The position numbers and the translations under genes are program-made. The notes under the pieces are model-generated. The model saw only the letters and a program-made list of their open reading frames with translations. It was not told where the DNA came from and ran no database searches. Below, piece by piece: positions 18,609 through 29,400 of a stretch of 64,000 nucleotides of DNA; positions within the stretch are counted from its first letter, which is position 1, and each line of letters starts with the position of its first letter. Origin of the DNA: Nitrospinota bacterium (GTDB taxonomy: Bacteria; Nitrospinota; Nitrospinia; Nitrospinales; VA-1); the NCBI GenBank assembly GCA_009873655.1, contig WAIB01000010.1, positions 9,078 through 73,077 of the forward strand, in the 5' to 3' direction.

Positions 18609-19853
18609 CTAGCCAAGGCTCACTGCTTCCGCAGTTTCCATGCCCAGATGTTTTTTAATTTCATCTACAATCACTTCAGAAGGCATCGTCATGCCGCCTG
18701 CAACATGAGGTCCGGCATAGACCCTTTCGTTGTCAGGAATGCAGGCCTTGATTTCACGAGCCAGCCATCCGCCAACATTGAATTCAGGAACAAAAATATG
18801 TTTTGCCTTTTTGGTTGCCTGTCGAACTTCCTCATACGGGAAGGGACGAATGGTTTTGATTTTAACCAGTCCTACCTTGATTCCTTCCTGTTCCAGCAAC
18901 CGAATTGCTTCACGACTCTGTGAAACAGCCGTTCCAGAGCTGACCACAAGAATTTCCCGATCGGTATTATGCTCATCGATCAGACCGTCCAACAGCGGGA
19001 TGGTGTGCTTGCGGGAACGCTCAACCGCCGCCTTGATTTCCTGTTGCCAGGAAGCATGAGTGGCGTAACTGATGTAGTTCGATTTCATTACAAACGGATC
19101 GCGCATCATGCGAATCGGTGCGGTTTCCATATCCATGACCGGTTGCGGATTTCTATACGGATCATAAGGGGTCAGGCATATATCATCCGGCGGAAGCTCA
19201 ACCGTGTCTTTGGTATGAGTCACAAAGAAGCCGTCACAACAAGTTGCAATCGGAACATGAACATCAGGCTGTTCCGCTACAATGAACCCCTTCAAAATAA
19301 AATCAAACAAATCCTGAGCGGTTTCTGCGTGCCATACCAGCATTCCCGTTTCAAGAAGGTAATGCATTTCCAGAGTGTCGGGCTGAATACTCAATGGAGA
19401 GTTAATGCCCCGGCAAGTCACACAAACCTGAATCGGCAATCGCGACCCGGCCCACATGGGGAAGTTTTCCATGGCCCTGAGAGTTCCCGGACCGGCAGTG
19501 GTCGTGAAAACACGGTGTCCACCGAAAGCCGCTCCCGCACATTGACCCATAACCGCGAACTCACTCTCGCCACGGAAATACTCATCCAGATAACCTTCCG
19601 AATAAAGCTCACCGATCAAAGCCGCCGCTTCACTCTGTGGGGTGATGGGATAGGCAACCGAAGTTCCTACGCTGGCAATCTTGATCGCGGCACGAATCAC
19701 CTCACTCCCGGTCAGGAAGCTGGGTGTCTGTTTTGCCTTATAAAAGATATCGTTGACATCCGTGTAGGTCTGGCCTTTCTGGTTTTTCTGGCCTAGTTTC
19801 ACATGTTTTGAAGCTATGATTTTTCTATCACTAGTTTCAACTTGTTTATTCAT
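18609..19853 (-). CDS. forA: 2-oxoacid:ferredoxin oxidoreductase alpha subunit
   Basis: Motifs YPITPQSE, ESE, TTTAGPG, DGFFVTH, IRPFP. Confidence 0.87.
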   Translation of the reverse strand: MNKQVETSDRKIIASKHVKLGQKNQKGQTYTDVNDIFYKAKQTPSFLTGSEVIRAAIKIASVGTSVAYPITPQSEAAALIGELYSEGYLDEYFRGESEFAVMGQCAGAAFGGHRVFTTTAGPGTLRAMENFPMWAGSRLPIQVCVTCRGINSPLSIQPDTLEMHYLLETGMLVWHAETAQDLFDFILKGFIVAEQPDVHVPIATCCDGFFVTHTKDTVELPPDDICLTPYDPYRNPQPVMDMETAPIRMMRDPFVMKSNYISYATHASWQQEIKAAVERSRKHTIPLLDGLIDEHNTDREILVVSSGTAVSQSREAIRLLEQEGIKVGLVKIKTIRPFPYEEVRQATKKAKHIFVPEFNVGGWLAREIKACIPDNERVYAGPHVAGGMTMPSEVIVDEIKKHLGMETAEAVSLG

Positions 19854-19947
19854 AAAATTTACTCCCGCAAAAAGAGTGCTTTGAAATGTTCAAAAAACGA
19901 CTTTTAATCTTTAGCCCTATTAATTCTATAAATTCACGAAGGTCGCC

Positions 19948-20583
19948 TTATGGGGTTAAAGGACCGGACGGACCCATTACAAACTGAGTAAAGGGTTCGG
20001 CCTGGGATTCCACGCCCTCCGATTTCAACTTTTTAATCTTTGCCGTGAGCTTTTGGATCATGTTGAGATCTGCATCACGAAAAGAAAGACAGGCATCTTC
20101 ATGCCCGGCCATGGCACACATCGCTATTGTATAACAACTCGTCCCGCCACGAATAATCTTTAGGGATAAATTCGCCATATGGCAGTGCACCCCGATAAAG
20201 ATACAGACATCAATCTTGTTATGCCAGATCGTCAAATTGGGGTGGTTGGGGTTGATCTCATATTCCTGAATAATCTTGGGGTATTTGGGTCGGTAATCTG
20301 CCATGGGGATCAATCGCATCGGAGCTTCAACCGCCAGCTCACGGAGCGCCTTGGCTTTTTCAGCCACATGATCGGTCCATTTCCACAGCACTAAAGGGCC
20401 CGGAAATATGGTTGGAACTTTGGCTGCCAGAATCTTTCTTGCAGCTAAATCATATGCATCATCCTCTGGTACCAGTTTACCTCCAATATGGGCTTCACCG
20501 GGATCCGGCAAAACATTTCCCATCGTTGCTGCAGCTGGAGGTAAAAATGCCTCCGGGCCAGCTTTGACCTCGTAGTTGCTCAT
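19948..20583 (-). CDS. forD: Five-subunit 2-oxoacid:ferredoxin oxidoreductase delta subunit
   Basis: Motifs GPEAFLPP, PTIFPGP, DYRPKYPKI, EINPNHPNLTIWHNKID..IFIGVHCH, typical of ForD/PorD in rTCA autotrophs; first gene of the operon. Confidence 0.8.
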   Translation of the reverse strand: MSNYEVKAGPEAFLPPAAATMGNVLPDPGEAHIGGKLVPEDDAYDLAARKILAAKVPTIFPGPLVLWKWTDHVAEKAKALRELAVEAPMRLIPMADYRPKYPKIIQEYEINPNHPNLTIWHNKIDVCIFIGVHCHMANLSLKIIRGGTSCYTIAMCAMAGHEDACLSFRDADLNMIQKLTAKIKKLKSEGVESQAEPFTQFVMGPSGPLTP

Positions 20584-20631
20584 TCTTGTAATCCTTAGTC
20601 TTTTAAGTTAAATGTGAAGAAAAAGAGCTTA

Positions 20632-20660
20632 ATAATAAACCAGCCCAAAAATGTTGTCAA
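20632..20660 (-). promoter_or_regulatory. Sigma70-type promoter of the oxidoreductase operon
   Basis: The minus strand reads TTGACA-N17-TATTAT, ending about 48 nt upstream of the delta-subunit ATG. Confidence 0.7.
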
Positions 20661-20912
20661 ACCTTAATAATTAAAATGTTTAGCCCCTTTTTCACGGTGT
20701 ATTTTCAGTATATCCCGTCAAACGGATTAAGCATAAGGCTAAATGCCCAAGAACCCGTCTTAAGAAGGTGAAAGTGGAGTTCCAAATCCCAGAATAACGG
20801 GGTTAACTAATTAATTTTCAAGGGATAAAAGGACATTTTTCTTGGCAATTCTTACATGCCGGCCAACAACAAGAGGCAAAAGAAAATTGGGACACTCCCC
20901 CCCCCTCACGAA

Positions 20913-21434
20913 TTAAAACTTTTCTTTCAAACCTTCCAGGAGGGCCAGGTGTTTCTTTTCTTCCACCATTAAATGCGAAAAAATGGCTTTCACATCGAGT
21001 TTTTTTTCATTTTCCAGTAATTGGCTCAAAATGTTTATGGAACGTTTTTCAGATTCAATTCCATATTCCAAGGCTTCGACATCGCTTTTATATTTCTGCA
21101 CTTCTTTCGTTTCAGAGGCGGGGAAAATTTTCCCCTTCAACTCCTCGTTGACAAATGAATCGACTCGTCTTCGGGCTTTCCCTTTGCCGGAAATAGCAGG
21201 CTGCAAAAACTGAACCTTGTTTTGCAGAGTCTGAATATGATCCCTTTCTTCCTCTGCCAACCTTAAAAACATGTCCCTCACTCTTGTGTCAGAAACATTT
21301 TTTGCTGCCTTCTCATAAAAACCAAGGCCTTCTTTTTCGATGAACAAACTGATCTCGATGGCATCGATACACTGAAACGACGTGGTTCTCGAATCATTTT
21401 CCGACCCGGTTTCTTTATTGGTTTCTTTAACCAT
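20913..21434 (-). CDS. Rubrerythrin/ferritin-like diiron domain protein (no rubredoxin domain)
   Basis: Paired E...ExxH motifs: IEKEGLGFY...LAEEERDH and ESEKRS...EEKKH. Confidence 0.8.
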   Translation of the reverse strand: MVKETNKETGSENDSRTTSFQCIDAIEISLFIEKEGLGFYEKAAKNVSDTRVRDMFLRLAEEERDHIQTLQNKVQFLQPAISGKGKARRRVDSFVNEELKGKIFPASETKEVQKYKSDVEALEYGIESEKRSINILSQLLENEKKLDVKAIFSHLMVEEKKHLALLEGLKEKF

Positions 21435-21782
21435 GTGCTCTCCAAAAATAAATGGTTCCGTTAATCTACCATATCTTTTTATGGCCCATCATTAGAATCT
21501 TGAAAAACCCGGCAAGTTCGAATTTCTCTAAAAAAAATAATATGTTATAGTAAATGCAAGTTGCGGGATCCCTCCCGCTCCCGAAGAAACTGAATGGTTT
21601 TTTCTAAAAAATGTTGAAAGCCATAAAGTTTATTTTTAGAAACTTTAAAACCAGAATTTTCCTTAAAAACGCCCATTGCCTGCAGGCGTTACCTGATACT
21701 TCAGGAAGAAGGAATCAATAATTTCCAGAATTTTGAAGAACACTTTCCACCGTAATATTTTGAGAACCCTTACTGGCAGGCA

Positions 21783-22220
21783 TTGTCTGTGAAATCGGTT
21801 GAAATTTTTACAGACGGGGGATGCAGGGGGAATCCCGGTCCTGGCGGCTATGGTTGTATCATCCGGGATGGCGATCATGTTCTTGAACTTAAAGGAGCCC
21901 ACCCGCAAACCACAAACAACATCATGGAAATGACCGCAGCCATTGTTGCCTTAAAAAAACTGAGTGAACCTCACAAAGTAACCCTGTCCACAGACTCACA
22001 GTATCTGGTAAAGGGTATGACCGAATGGATCAACGGGTGGATCAAGAAAGGCTGGAAGACCGCCTCTCGGCAACCGGTAAAAAACAAGGAATTGTGGCAG
22101 GAACTCCACGACCTGGGCAAAAAGCATGAGATTACCTGGGTCTGGGTGAAAGGCCATGCCGGTCACCCGGAAAATGAACGTTGCGACCAATTGGCAAATG
22201 AAGCCATGACTAATATTTAA
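21783..22220 (+). CDS. rnhA: Ribonuclease HI
   Basis: Motifs [42 protein letters not shown]. The start is TTG 21783 or GTG 21789. Confidence 0.96.
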   Translation: MSVKSVEIFTDGGCRGNPGPGGYGCIIRDGDHVLELKGAHPQTTNNIMEMTAAIVALKKLSEPHKVTLSTDSQYLVKGMTEWINGWIKKGWKTASRQPVKNKELWQELHDLGKKHEITWVWVKGHAGHPENERCDQLANEAMTNI

Positions 22221-22276
22221 CGCGTGTTTTCCGATAACAAAACTAGAACCCATTTAAAACCCACGGGGGAGCTCCT

Positions 22277-23623
22277 GTGTTCCTAAGCCAAAGACAATTC
22301 GATTCTCTCTGTAGAAAATTCCACCTGGCAATTCCACAGCTGATCATTTTCGGATTATTTTTTCTGATCGCCTCCTGTTCTACCCAGGGTCCCAGCCGAT
22401 CGGGGAACCTGTATCCGGAGAAACCTGAAAGGTATGGGAAAAACCGGAACTATAAATTCGACTACCGCAAAAACAGGTTATTAAAAAAAGAAAAAGAAAT
22501 CCCCTCTGAAGTAAAAGCAGATATGGGGTCCATCGCGGACCTTAAAGGATTCAAAGACGATATGAACCCCGCATCCCTTAAGCGGGTTATCAATAACCAG
22601 CTGGGGGTGATGTACGAACAAGACCCGGCTTCTCCGGTGCGCCTTGGGGATTTTACCCTCACCCGGGGCCGGTTGATTGAAACGCTTGAAGCGTTTCAAG
22701 AACTTTTGCAAAAAAATCTTTCCCAGGAAGAGTTCGATAAAAAAATTGCGGAAGAGTTTTCGCTCTACCGGGTAGGAAAAGGAAAAAATAAAAAAGTCCT
22801 CTTCACCGGTTATTACCGGCCTGTGATCCCGGCAAGCCCGGTTCCTTCGCCTCGTTATCGATACCCGATTTACCAGATGCCGGACAAAGATTTCCATATG
22901 GTAAAAAAGCAGGAGGGCATTCGGCTGGTAGGGTCCAACACAGGGATAAAAAAAATCAGCCAACGTGAATCTGGAGAAAGCTGGAGAAACCTCACTCGTG
23001 AGGAAATTGACCGAAAAGGGGCACTTAGTAATCAGGGGCTGGAAGTGGCCTGGCTGGAAAACGAACTCGAACGTTATTTCCTGCATATCCAGGGATCAGG
23101 AGTCCTGGAGTTTCCAGATGGAACCCGGCAGGGGGTTCGCTATCAGGGGTCCAACAAATACTCTTATAACGGAATTGGCAAACTGATGATCCGTGACGGC
23201 GTCATCACAACCGGTCAGGGATCCATGCAGGGTATTAAAAAGTATTTCGCCCAAAACCCCAAGGACATCCCTAAATATCTCAATCAGAACAAACGCTATA
23301 TCTTTTTCTCACTCACCGACGAGGGGGCCATCGGCTCTGGCGGGGGAGAGCTGGTTGGGGGAAGGTCCATTGCTACCGACAAGTCGATCTATCCCGCAGG
23401 CGGGCTGGCCTTTGTTAAAGTGCGCCAGCCGGTACTCGATGCCAGCAATGAAATAAAATACTGGAAACCGATTACCCGTTTTGTTCTGGACCAGGATACG
23501 GGAAGTGCCATTCGCGGTAAGGGACGGGCCGATTTATATTTTGGAACCGGCCGGAAAGCCGGAGCCATGGCGGGTCACTACCATGAAAAAGCGGAAGTCT
23601 ATTACCTTATCAAGAAAAGCTGA
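22277..23623 (+). CDS. mltA: Membrane-bound lytic murein transglycosylase A (MltA/3D domain lipoprotein)
   Basis: Lipobox LIASC; FTGYY.P, FLHIQGSG, SIATD, QDTGSAIRG..RADLYFG.G. Confidence 0.9.
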   Translation: MFLSQRQFDSLCRKFHLAIPQLIIFGLFFLIASCSTQGPSRSGNLYPEKPERYGKNRNYKFDYRKNRLLKKEKEIPSEVKADMGSIADLKGFKDDMNPASLKRVINNQLGVMYEQDPASPVRLGDFTLTRGRLIETLEAFQELLQKNLSQEEFDKKIAEEFSLYRVGKGKNKKVLFTGYYRPVIPASPVPSPRYRYPIYQMPDKDFHMVKKQEGIRLVGSNTGIKKISQRESGESWRNLTREEIDRKGALSNQGLEVAWLENELERYFLHIQGSGVLEFPDGTRQGVRYQGSNKYSYNGIGKLMIRDGVITTGQGSMQGIKKYFAQNPKDIPKYLNQNKRYIFFSLTDEGAIGSGGGELVGGRSIATDKSIYPAGGLAFVKVRQPVLDASNEIKYWKPITRFVLDQDTGSAIRGKGRADLYFGTGRKAGAMAGHYHEKAEVYYLIKKS

Positions 23624-23778
23624 TCCCTTTTTGTTGAATGAAATTGATTGATCTGCACCGCCCCCCATCCTCCAAAAAAACCACCACTCTCCATAGCCCT
23701 CTTCCGTTTCTTTGGGTGGGTTTTTCTTAATGATCCAAATTTCCCCAAAAACTGTAACTATTGAAAGAAAAAAGCTGC

Positions 23779-24321
23779 TCAAACTTCGCTGAACAAAGAT
23801 ACCAGCCGCTTGTCGATAAAATCCATTCTTTCATCTGAAACCATCAACTGTTCCTTTTCCGGATCTCCTTTTACGGCGGAATAGTCCAGGTTGGCCGGGT
23901 TGCGCTTGATCATGCACGCAAAGGTGATGGTCTCCGGTTTTTCTTCCACTTCCAGGTAATCGACGGCGCGGATAAACGAATGACCCGTTGTTACAATATC
24001 ATCCACGATCAACCAGTGCGTGTCGGCGGGATAAGCCGGAACGGGAACCTGTGCATAGTCCAGTCTTTTTTTGGGCATGATATGAAAGGGCAGGTTCATG
24101 AGCTTGGAAAGCTGGTGACCGATGCGAATGCCCTCGGTTTCACAGCCCACCACCACATCGAATTTTTCATGGTTCTTTTGCCAGGCCAGGAGTTTTTTAA
24201 GCAGCACTTCGCAGTAAGCCTCGTTCATGGCATCCGTCAAGTCACCGTACTCATAGGTATACGTCGACTTGACGCCGGAACTGAGTGTAAAATTTCCCTT
24301 ATGAATTATTCTTGAAAACAC
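23779..24321 (-). CDS. Type I phosphoribosyltransferase (divergent PyrE-like)
   Basis: N-terminal FTLSSG..S.Y and PRPP-binding motif LIVDDIVTTGHS. Confidence 0.75.
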   Translation of the reverse strand: MFSRIIHKGNFTLSSGVKSTYTYEYGDLTDAMNEAYCEVLLKKLLAWQKNHEKFDVVVGCETEGIRIGHQLSKLMNLPFHIMPKKRLDYAQVPVPAYPADTHWLIVDDIVTTGHSFIRAVDYLEVEEKPETITFACMIKRNPANLDYSAVKGDPEKEQLMVSDERMDFIDKRLVSLFSEV

Positions 24322-24376
24322 TTTTACTAACCCCCGTTAAAGCAACGTTTCCGTCTGAAACGTCCATATCGCCATT

Positions 24377-25048
24377 TTATTTTTCCGGCCAGCCGTATTT
24401 TCCAACCAGGGGAACAAATTTGCAATCACCAATTTCTTTCCGGTTCACCCTGTTGCCTTTTTTGGTCAAAAGAATGAGCTTTTGTTGGTCTGCATCGCCT
24501 GCCGGTGCTACGAGCCTTCCTCCTTCTCCCAGCTGTTTGATCAATGCTTCGGGAATTTCTTTTGCGGATGCGGTCACAATTATTGCGTCAAAGGGTGCCT
24601 GGTCCGGCCAACCGTAAGTACCATCAAACATTTTAAAAACGATATTGGAATAACCCAATTCCTCAAGGGTTTTCTGGGCTTTGCGAGAGAGAGCATTGAT
24701 CCGTTCGATGGTGAAAACCTGAGCGGCCAGTTCCGCTACCACCGCTGTCTGGTAGCCCGAGCCTGTACCAATTTCCAATACCCGCTCATCTCCTTTCAAC
24801 CCCAAAGCGGCTGTCATGCTTGCAACGATATAGGGTTGGGAAATCGTCTGATTTTCTCCAATGGGCAATGGCGTATCTCCATAAGCCCGGTGTTGCAAAG
24901 AGTCAAGTGTGAAAAGATGCCGCGGCACCCGACTCATCACTTCGAGCAAGCGCAAATCTTTTATTCCCCGGTCTCCCAACTGCTCTTCGACCATTTTACG
25001 GCGCTGTCCTGCATGCGAATGAATCGCTTCAGGGCTCAATCGGTTCAT
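24377..25048 (-). CDS. pcm: Protein-L-isoaspartate O-methyltransferase
   Basis: Motifs VPRHLF, QTISQPY, VLEIGTGSGYQ, APFDAIIVTA, FVPL. Confidence 0.96.
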   Translation of the reverse strand: MNRLSPEAIHSHAGQRRKMVEEQLGDRGIKDLRLLEVMSRVPRHLFTLDSLQHRAYGDTPLPIGENQTISQPYIVASMTAALGLKGDERVLEIGTGSGYQTAVVAELAAQVFTIERINALSRKAQKTLEELGYSNIVFKMFDGTYGWPDQAPFDAIIVTASAKEIPEALIKQLGEGGRLVAPAGDADQQKLILLTKKGNRVNRKEIGDCKFVPLVGKYGWPEK

Positions 25049-25115
25049 AAAATATTATTCGGCAAAATTCAAAAACTGGTTTTTGTTAATTTATGAGCGG
25101 GCTGCTCTTTGAAAT

Positions 25116-25427
25116 TCAATTTATTGGATGGATATTTTCCAGATCTTCAATCTCTCGTCCAGAACCCTGGAGTGAACCAAGATCCGGGTCGGGCAAAGCG
25201 TCCAGCATTTTCGGGTTTTGATAAAAAACCCACTCCCAGCGATCCATTCGTTCATCGTATTTCAGGAGGTAAATATTATCATCGTCTGCTTTGATCTTGA
25301 AATAGCGCGAACCTTCCCCATACCAACGGTCAATAATTTCTTCCACCTTGTAACGGCAGTTACTGAGGGAGAAGGCCACCGGTCTTTCATTTAATTTTGA
25401 GGATGTATAACACTCTACCTTTAACAT
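25116..25427 (-). CDS. Conserved-looking hypothetical protein
   Basis: Pattern V.EIIDRWYGE...YFKIKADD.NIYLL.YD...W; co-oriented upstream of pcm. Confidence 0.65.
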   Translation of the reverse strand: MLKVECYTSSKLNERPVAFSLSNCRYKVEEIIDRWYGEGSRYFKIKADDDNIYLLKYDERMDRWEWVFYQNPKMLDALPDPDLGSLQGSGREIEDLENIHPIN

Positions 25428-25577
25428 GAGGCCATGTTATGACTTTCGAACTGAATTGTAAACTATTTTCTCCTACCTCTTACCTCAACAAAACGAAAGA
25501 AAAACAGGGCCATAACTCCACCCACCGCTTCCTGCCCATTCCGAATATTTATTGTTATAATCCATCGGCATCAGACC

Positions 25578-26468
25578 TTGCAAGAAACCATTGAAATCAT
25601 GCTCACACCGGAGAAAAAAAATATCGAAGAGCATCTGCAATTCCTTGTTGGAGAAAGGAATCCTTTTACGAAACCGGAACACCTGGAAAAAACCCGTCTC
25701 TATATCGCAAAGCAATTCGAGACGTTCGGATTGTCTGTAACTGAAGATGCCGTAGACTATGAAGGCAGCCGTTCCTTCAATATTTTTGGCAAGGGTAAAA
25801 ATTCGGGAGAGAAACCCTTCGTGCTTGCCGCCCATTATGATACCAAACCAGGAACTCCGGGGGCCGATGACAATGCAAGCGCTGTGGCGGCATTACTGGA
25901 AATTTCACGGTGCCTTGCGGACCAAACTTTCCCAGTCCCCCTCATTTTTGCCGCATTCACTCTAGAAGAATATGGGTTTATAGGGTCCCATCAATTCATA
26001 AAAAAGGCCGCCGCGGAAAACATGACTTTCAGCGGCATGATATCTTTAGAAATGCTGGGATATAAAGTCTCAACCCCTCACTCACAGAGCTATCCCGCTT
26101 ATGTCGATGCAGAAAAATATCCCGATAGCGGAGATTTCATCGCGGTGGTGGGCAACGAACCCTCAGTGAATCTGGTACGAAGTCTGGCTAATGGAATGAA
26201 AAAGCATGTTCCTTCTTTGAAGGTAGAAACACTGGTGGTACCCGGAACAGGAGAAAACTTTACCGAAGTGCGCCTGAGCGACCATTCCCCTTTTTGGGAT
26301 GCGGGAATTCCAGCGGTAATGGTCACCGACACCGCGTTTTTTCGCAATCCCCATTACCACCAGCCCTCAGACACTGTGGACACATTGGATATGGATTTCA
26401 TCCGGGAAAATGCCGAAGCGGTGACTGAAACTTTAAAAACCCTGCTGCACAAAAAAGAAGCGGCATGA
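25578..26468 (+). CDS. M28 family metallopeptidase
   Basis: Zn-ligand motifs AHYDT, GADDNASA, LEE, SLEM, SDH.PFW, YH...DT; ATGA overlap with the next gene. Confidence 0.85.
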   Translation: MQETIEIMLTPEKKNIEEHLQFLVGERNPFTKPEHLEKTRLYIAKQFETFGLSVTEDAVDYEGSRSFNIFGKGKNSGEKPFVLAAHYDTKPGTPGADDNASAVAALLEISRCLADQTFPVPLIFAAFTLEEYGFIGSHQFIKKAAAENMTFSGMISLEMLGYKVSTPHSQSYPAYVDAEKYPDSGDFIAVVGNEPSVNLVRSLANGMKKHVPSLKVETLVVPGTGENFTEVRLSDHSPFWDAGIPAVMVTDTAFFRNPHYHQPSDTVDTLDMDFIRENAEAVTETLKTLLHKKEAA

Positions 26469-29400
26469 GAAAGAACAAAACAAATCCGGCAAGCAAGGAA
26501 AAAGAACCGGAAAGCGAAGCACCTGTCCGCGAGGCTAAAAAACCATCGCTGGCTGCAAAGCTTTTAAAAGGATGGGTCTATTTTTTCTTCTTTCTTTTTG
26601 TGCTGATCGCAGGAATCGGGCTGGTACTGGAATATTATTTTCCAGCAGAAGAAATTCGAGTTCTCGCAGAAAAAGAAGGCACCCGGCAACTCAAGCTACC
26701 CCTCGCAATTAAAAAAATAAAGTTCAGCCTGCTTAGCGGCATTCGAGTTGATGGATTGGTATTGGGCCCTTCGGCAAAACCTATCGCAAGTGTCCAGACC
26801 ATGTTATTGGACTACGATCTTTCCCAATTAATACAGGGGCACCTCGTAATCAACCAGGTTCTCATTGACCAGCCCCAAGTGATCGCGATATCCCAAAAGG
26901 GGGTGTGGAATTTTCAACCGCTTTTGGATCTGGGGGGTTCAAAAAATACCCCCGCTCCCTCAACCACAGGCACTCCTGCATTGCCGCTTACAAAAATCGA
27001 TTTACAGCAACTCAAGATTCAAAATATCGGGGCCACCCTGGTGATGGATGACCAGATTTCCGCCATCATCAAGGGGCTCAGCCTGGAAGCAAAAGGAAAA
27101 GCCGGCAGGGACAAATTGGATCTCACGTTGCGAGTCTTGATGCATCCTGAAAAAGATGCCAACATTTTATTCAAAAATCAAAAAGAGAAGCTTTATTTTG
27201 AGTCCAAAACCACTACCGACCTGACCTTCTCCGCCAGGGACTTAAATAAGCTGAATGTTTCAGGCAGATTCGGCTTTAACGAGAACCAAGTTAAACTGGG
27301 GGATGCTCTTCCCTCCCCCGACCTGGAAGGGAGCCTGTCAGCGGAAGTTCAACTGCAACCTGAGCGCATCCATCTCTCTGCATTCTCTCTGAAACTGGAT
27401 GACAAAAACAAAATCGCTTTCTCCACCAAAATAAAAAACTTTTCGACCGCGCCAGCAATAGAAACGCAGATAGAAAAGGTTTCGTTCCGACTCTCCGACA
27501 TTTTGAGATGGGGGGCCAAGTGGCTCCCCCCCATTTCCGGCAACGGGACTTTGGAAGCGGAAAACCTGGGTATCCAGGCGGAACTCCCCGGATTCAAACC
27601 CGAAAATATTTCCTTAAAAGGCGGCTCTTTATCAACCCGGGATCTGGCCCTGGATTATTCAGATTTCAAAATTCATATCCGAGGTCTTGATTCCTCACTC
27701 AAAATCAACGAGGCCATTTTAAAAAAAGGAAAACCCGCTAAAGTTTCTGCGGAGTTAAAAATGCAGCTTGTAAAAGGCCGGGCCGAGGAAGCCGAAATTC
27801 GCAACTGGAAACAAAAACTCACCTTGGACGCAGGAGGCCCTGAACTTTCAAAAATTAAAATGGGTTTTAATACCGATATCGGTTCGTTGCATTACCAACA
27901 CCCTCTTTCAAAAAAGGTGAGCTTGCCGTTTCATGCCAAAGGCTCTCTAAGCGGAGATTTGAAAAGAGGGGATTTAAAACTACAAAAAATCTCATATCAG
28001 TCGGGGAAATTCTTAAAGGGAAATCTTTCAGGGGAAATAAAGGAAGAGAAATCGGTTCAACTGCAAAAAGGCATTTCCTTAAACATCTCAGAGGCATTAA
28101 AAATCTTGCCCCGGGAAATTTCAAGCAAGATTCCTAAAGCGGAAGCATCGGGTCAAACACAAGTTTCATTTTCTGTTTCAGGCAAATTAAATTCAAAATT
28201 TCAGCCCACCCATCTCCACACAAATGCAGAAATCAATTTAAACCAGGTTTCGGCAAAACTGGATGAACCCCGTATTGAGGTTGAAGGATTAAACACCTCT
28301 CTAACATTCCCATTGGATTATGAGGTTGAACATGGGGTGAAAATTCCCATCCTGGAGATCGAAACAAAACTGAAACATATCCAGGCTTTGAACAACTGGA
28401 ACCTCAAAAATTTTTCATCAAATATAAAATTGAACTCCGAATCTTTTTACAACCTTAAATCTGATTTCGGCACCCTGCCTGTCAAATTGAACTCACAAAT
28501 CAAACTCGGCAAATTGATTTCCACACAACCCGAACTTTCACTGGCTGACTTTAAGACAGATGCGCTCTTAAAAGGAGATTTGCGGCCGAATGATTTCCGC
28601 AACAGCCGGTTAGAAGGAAAGGTGTCAATTCGAAACCTTAATGCCCTGAAAAAAATTCAAGTTGGAAAAGTTGACTCCCAGTTCTCATTGCAGGTCCATG
28701 ATAAATCTTTATCGCGAATTCATCTTTCCCAAAAAACCAAAGTCACATCCATAAACGAAGACGACTTGAAATTAAGCCTGAAAGAAATGAGTATCGAGTC
28801 TCTTTCCCGCAAAGATTTATTGAATGGAAACTTTGACCTCGACAAATTCAGATTGAACGCGCCTGGCCTTGTTGCTTTTCACCTGAAAGGAAATGCAAAG
28901 AACTGGGGAGAAAACTTTGAACTCGAAAACACCGTAGACGGCTTTGAACTCGCATCTATTTTGAGGAACATTCCAGAGGACACTAAAAAAAGTCTTGGCA
29001 TTAAAGACCTGGGTGGAAAGATACAGCTGACTTTCCAAACTCATGGGGAATTGCCTCCCGCAAACAACAAAGATTTAAAACCTTTTGAAAGGTGGAAAAA
29101 ATTATTCGCTTCCCTCGGCCCGAACAACCTCCCCCCCCTTGAGATTTCAAGTCGATTCCAATTGCTAAACGGTAAAGCGGGCCATTTGGATAAAAACATC
29201 AGGGGAGTGAACCTGGAAACCCAATTGAATTTTAAAAACGGCTCCGCAAATTTATCCGGAAAAACTTCCGGCAACCTCCAGGGAATGGAAATTTTTGAAA
29301 CCTTGCCTCTGTACCCGGAATTTGAATTCCATTACCAACTGGAAAACCTGAACACTCTCATCCTGGCAAAACATCAGCTCAATCTGAAAAACAGGGGACT

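Noticed and set aside
17754-19796. Long antisense ORFs (259 aa and 275 aa) opposite the oxidoreductase beta and alpha genes, and similar shadows elsewhere
   Set aside because: They are codon-bias shadows of conserved genes with no recognisable motifs.
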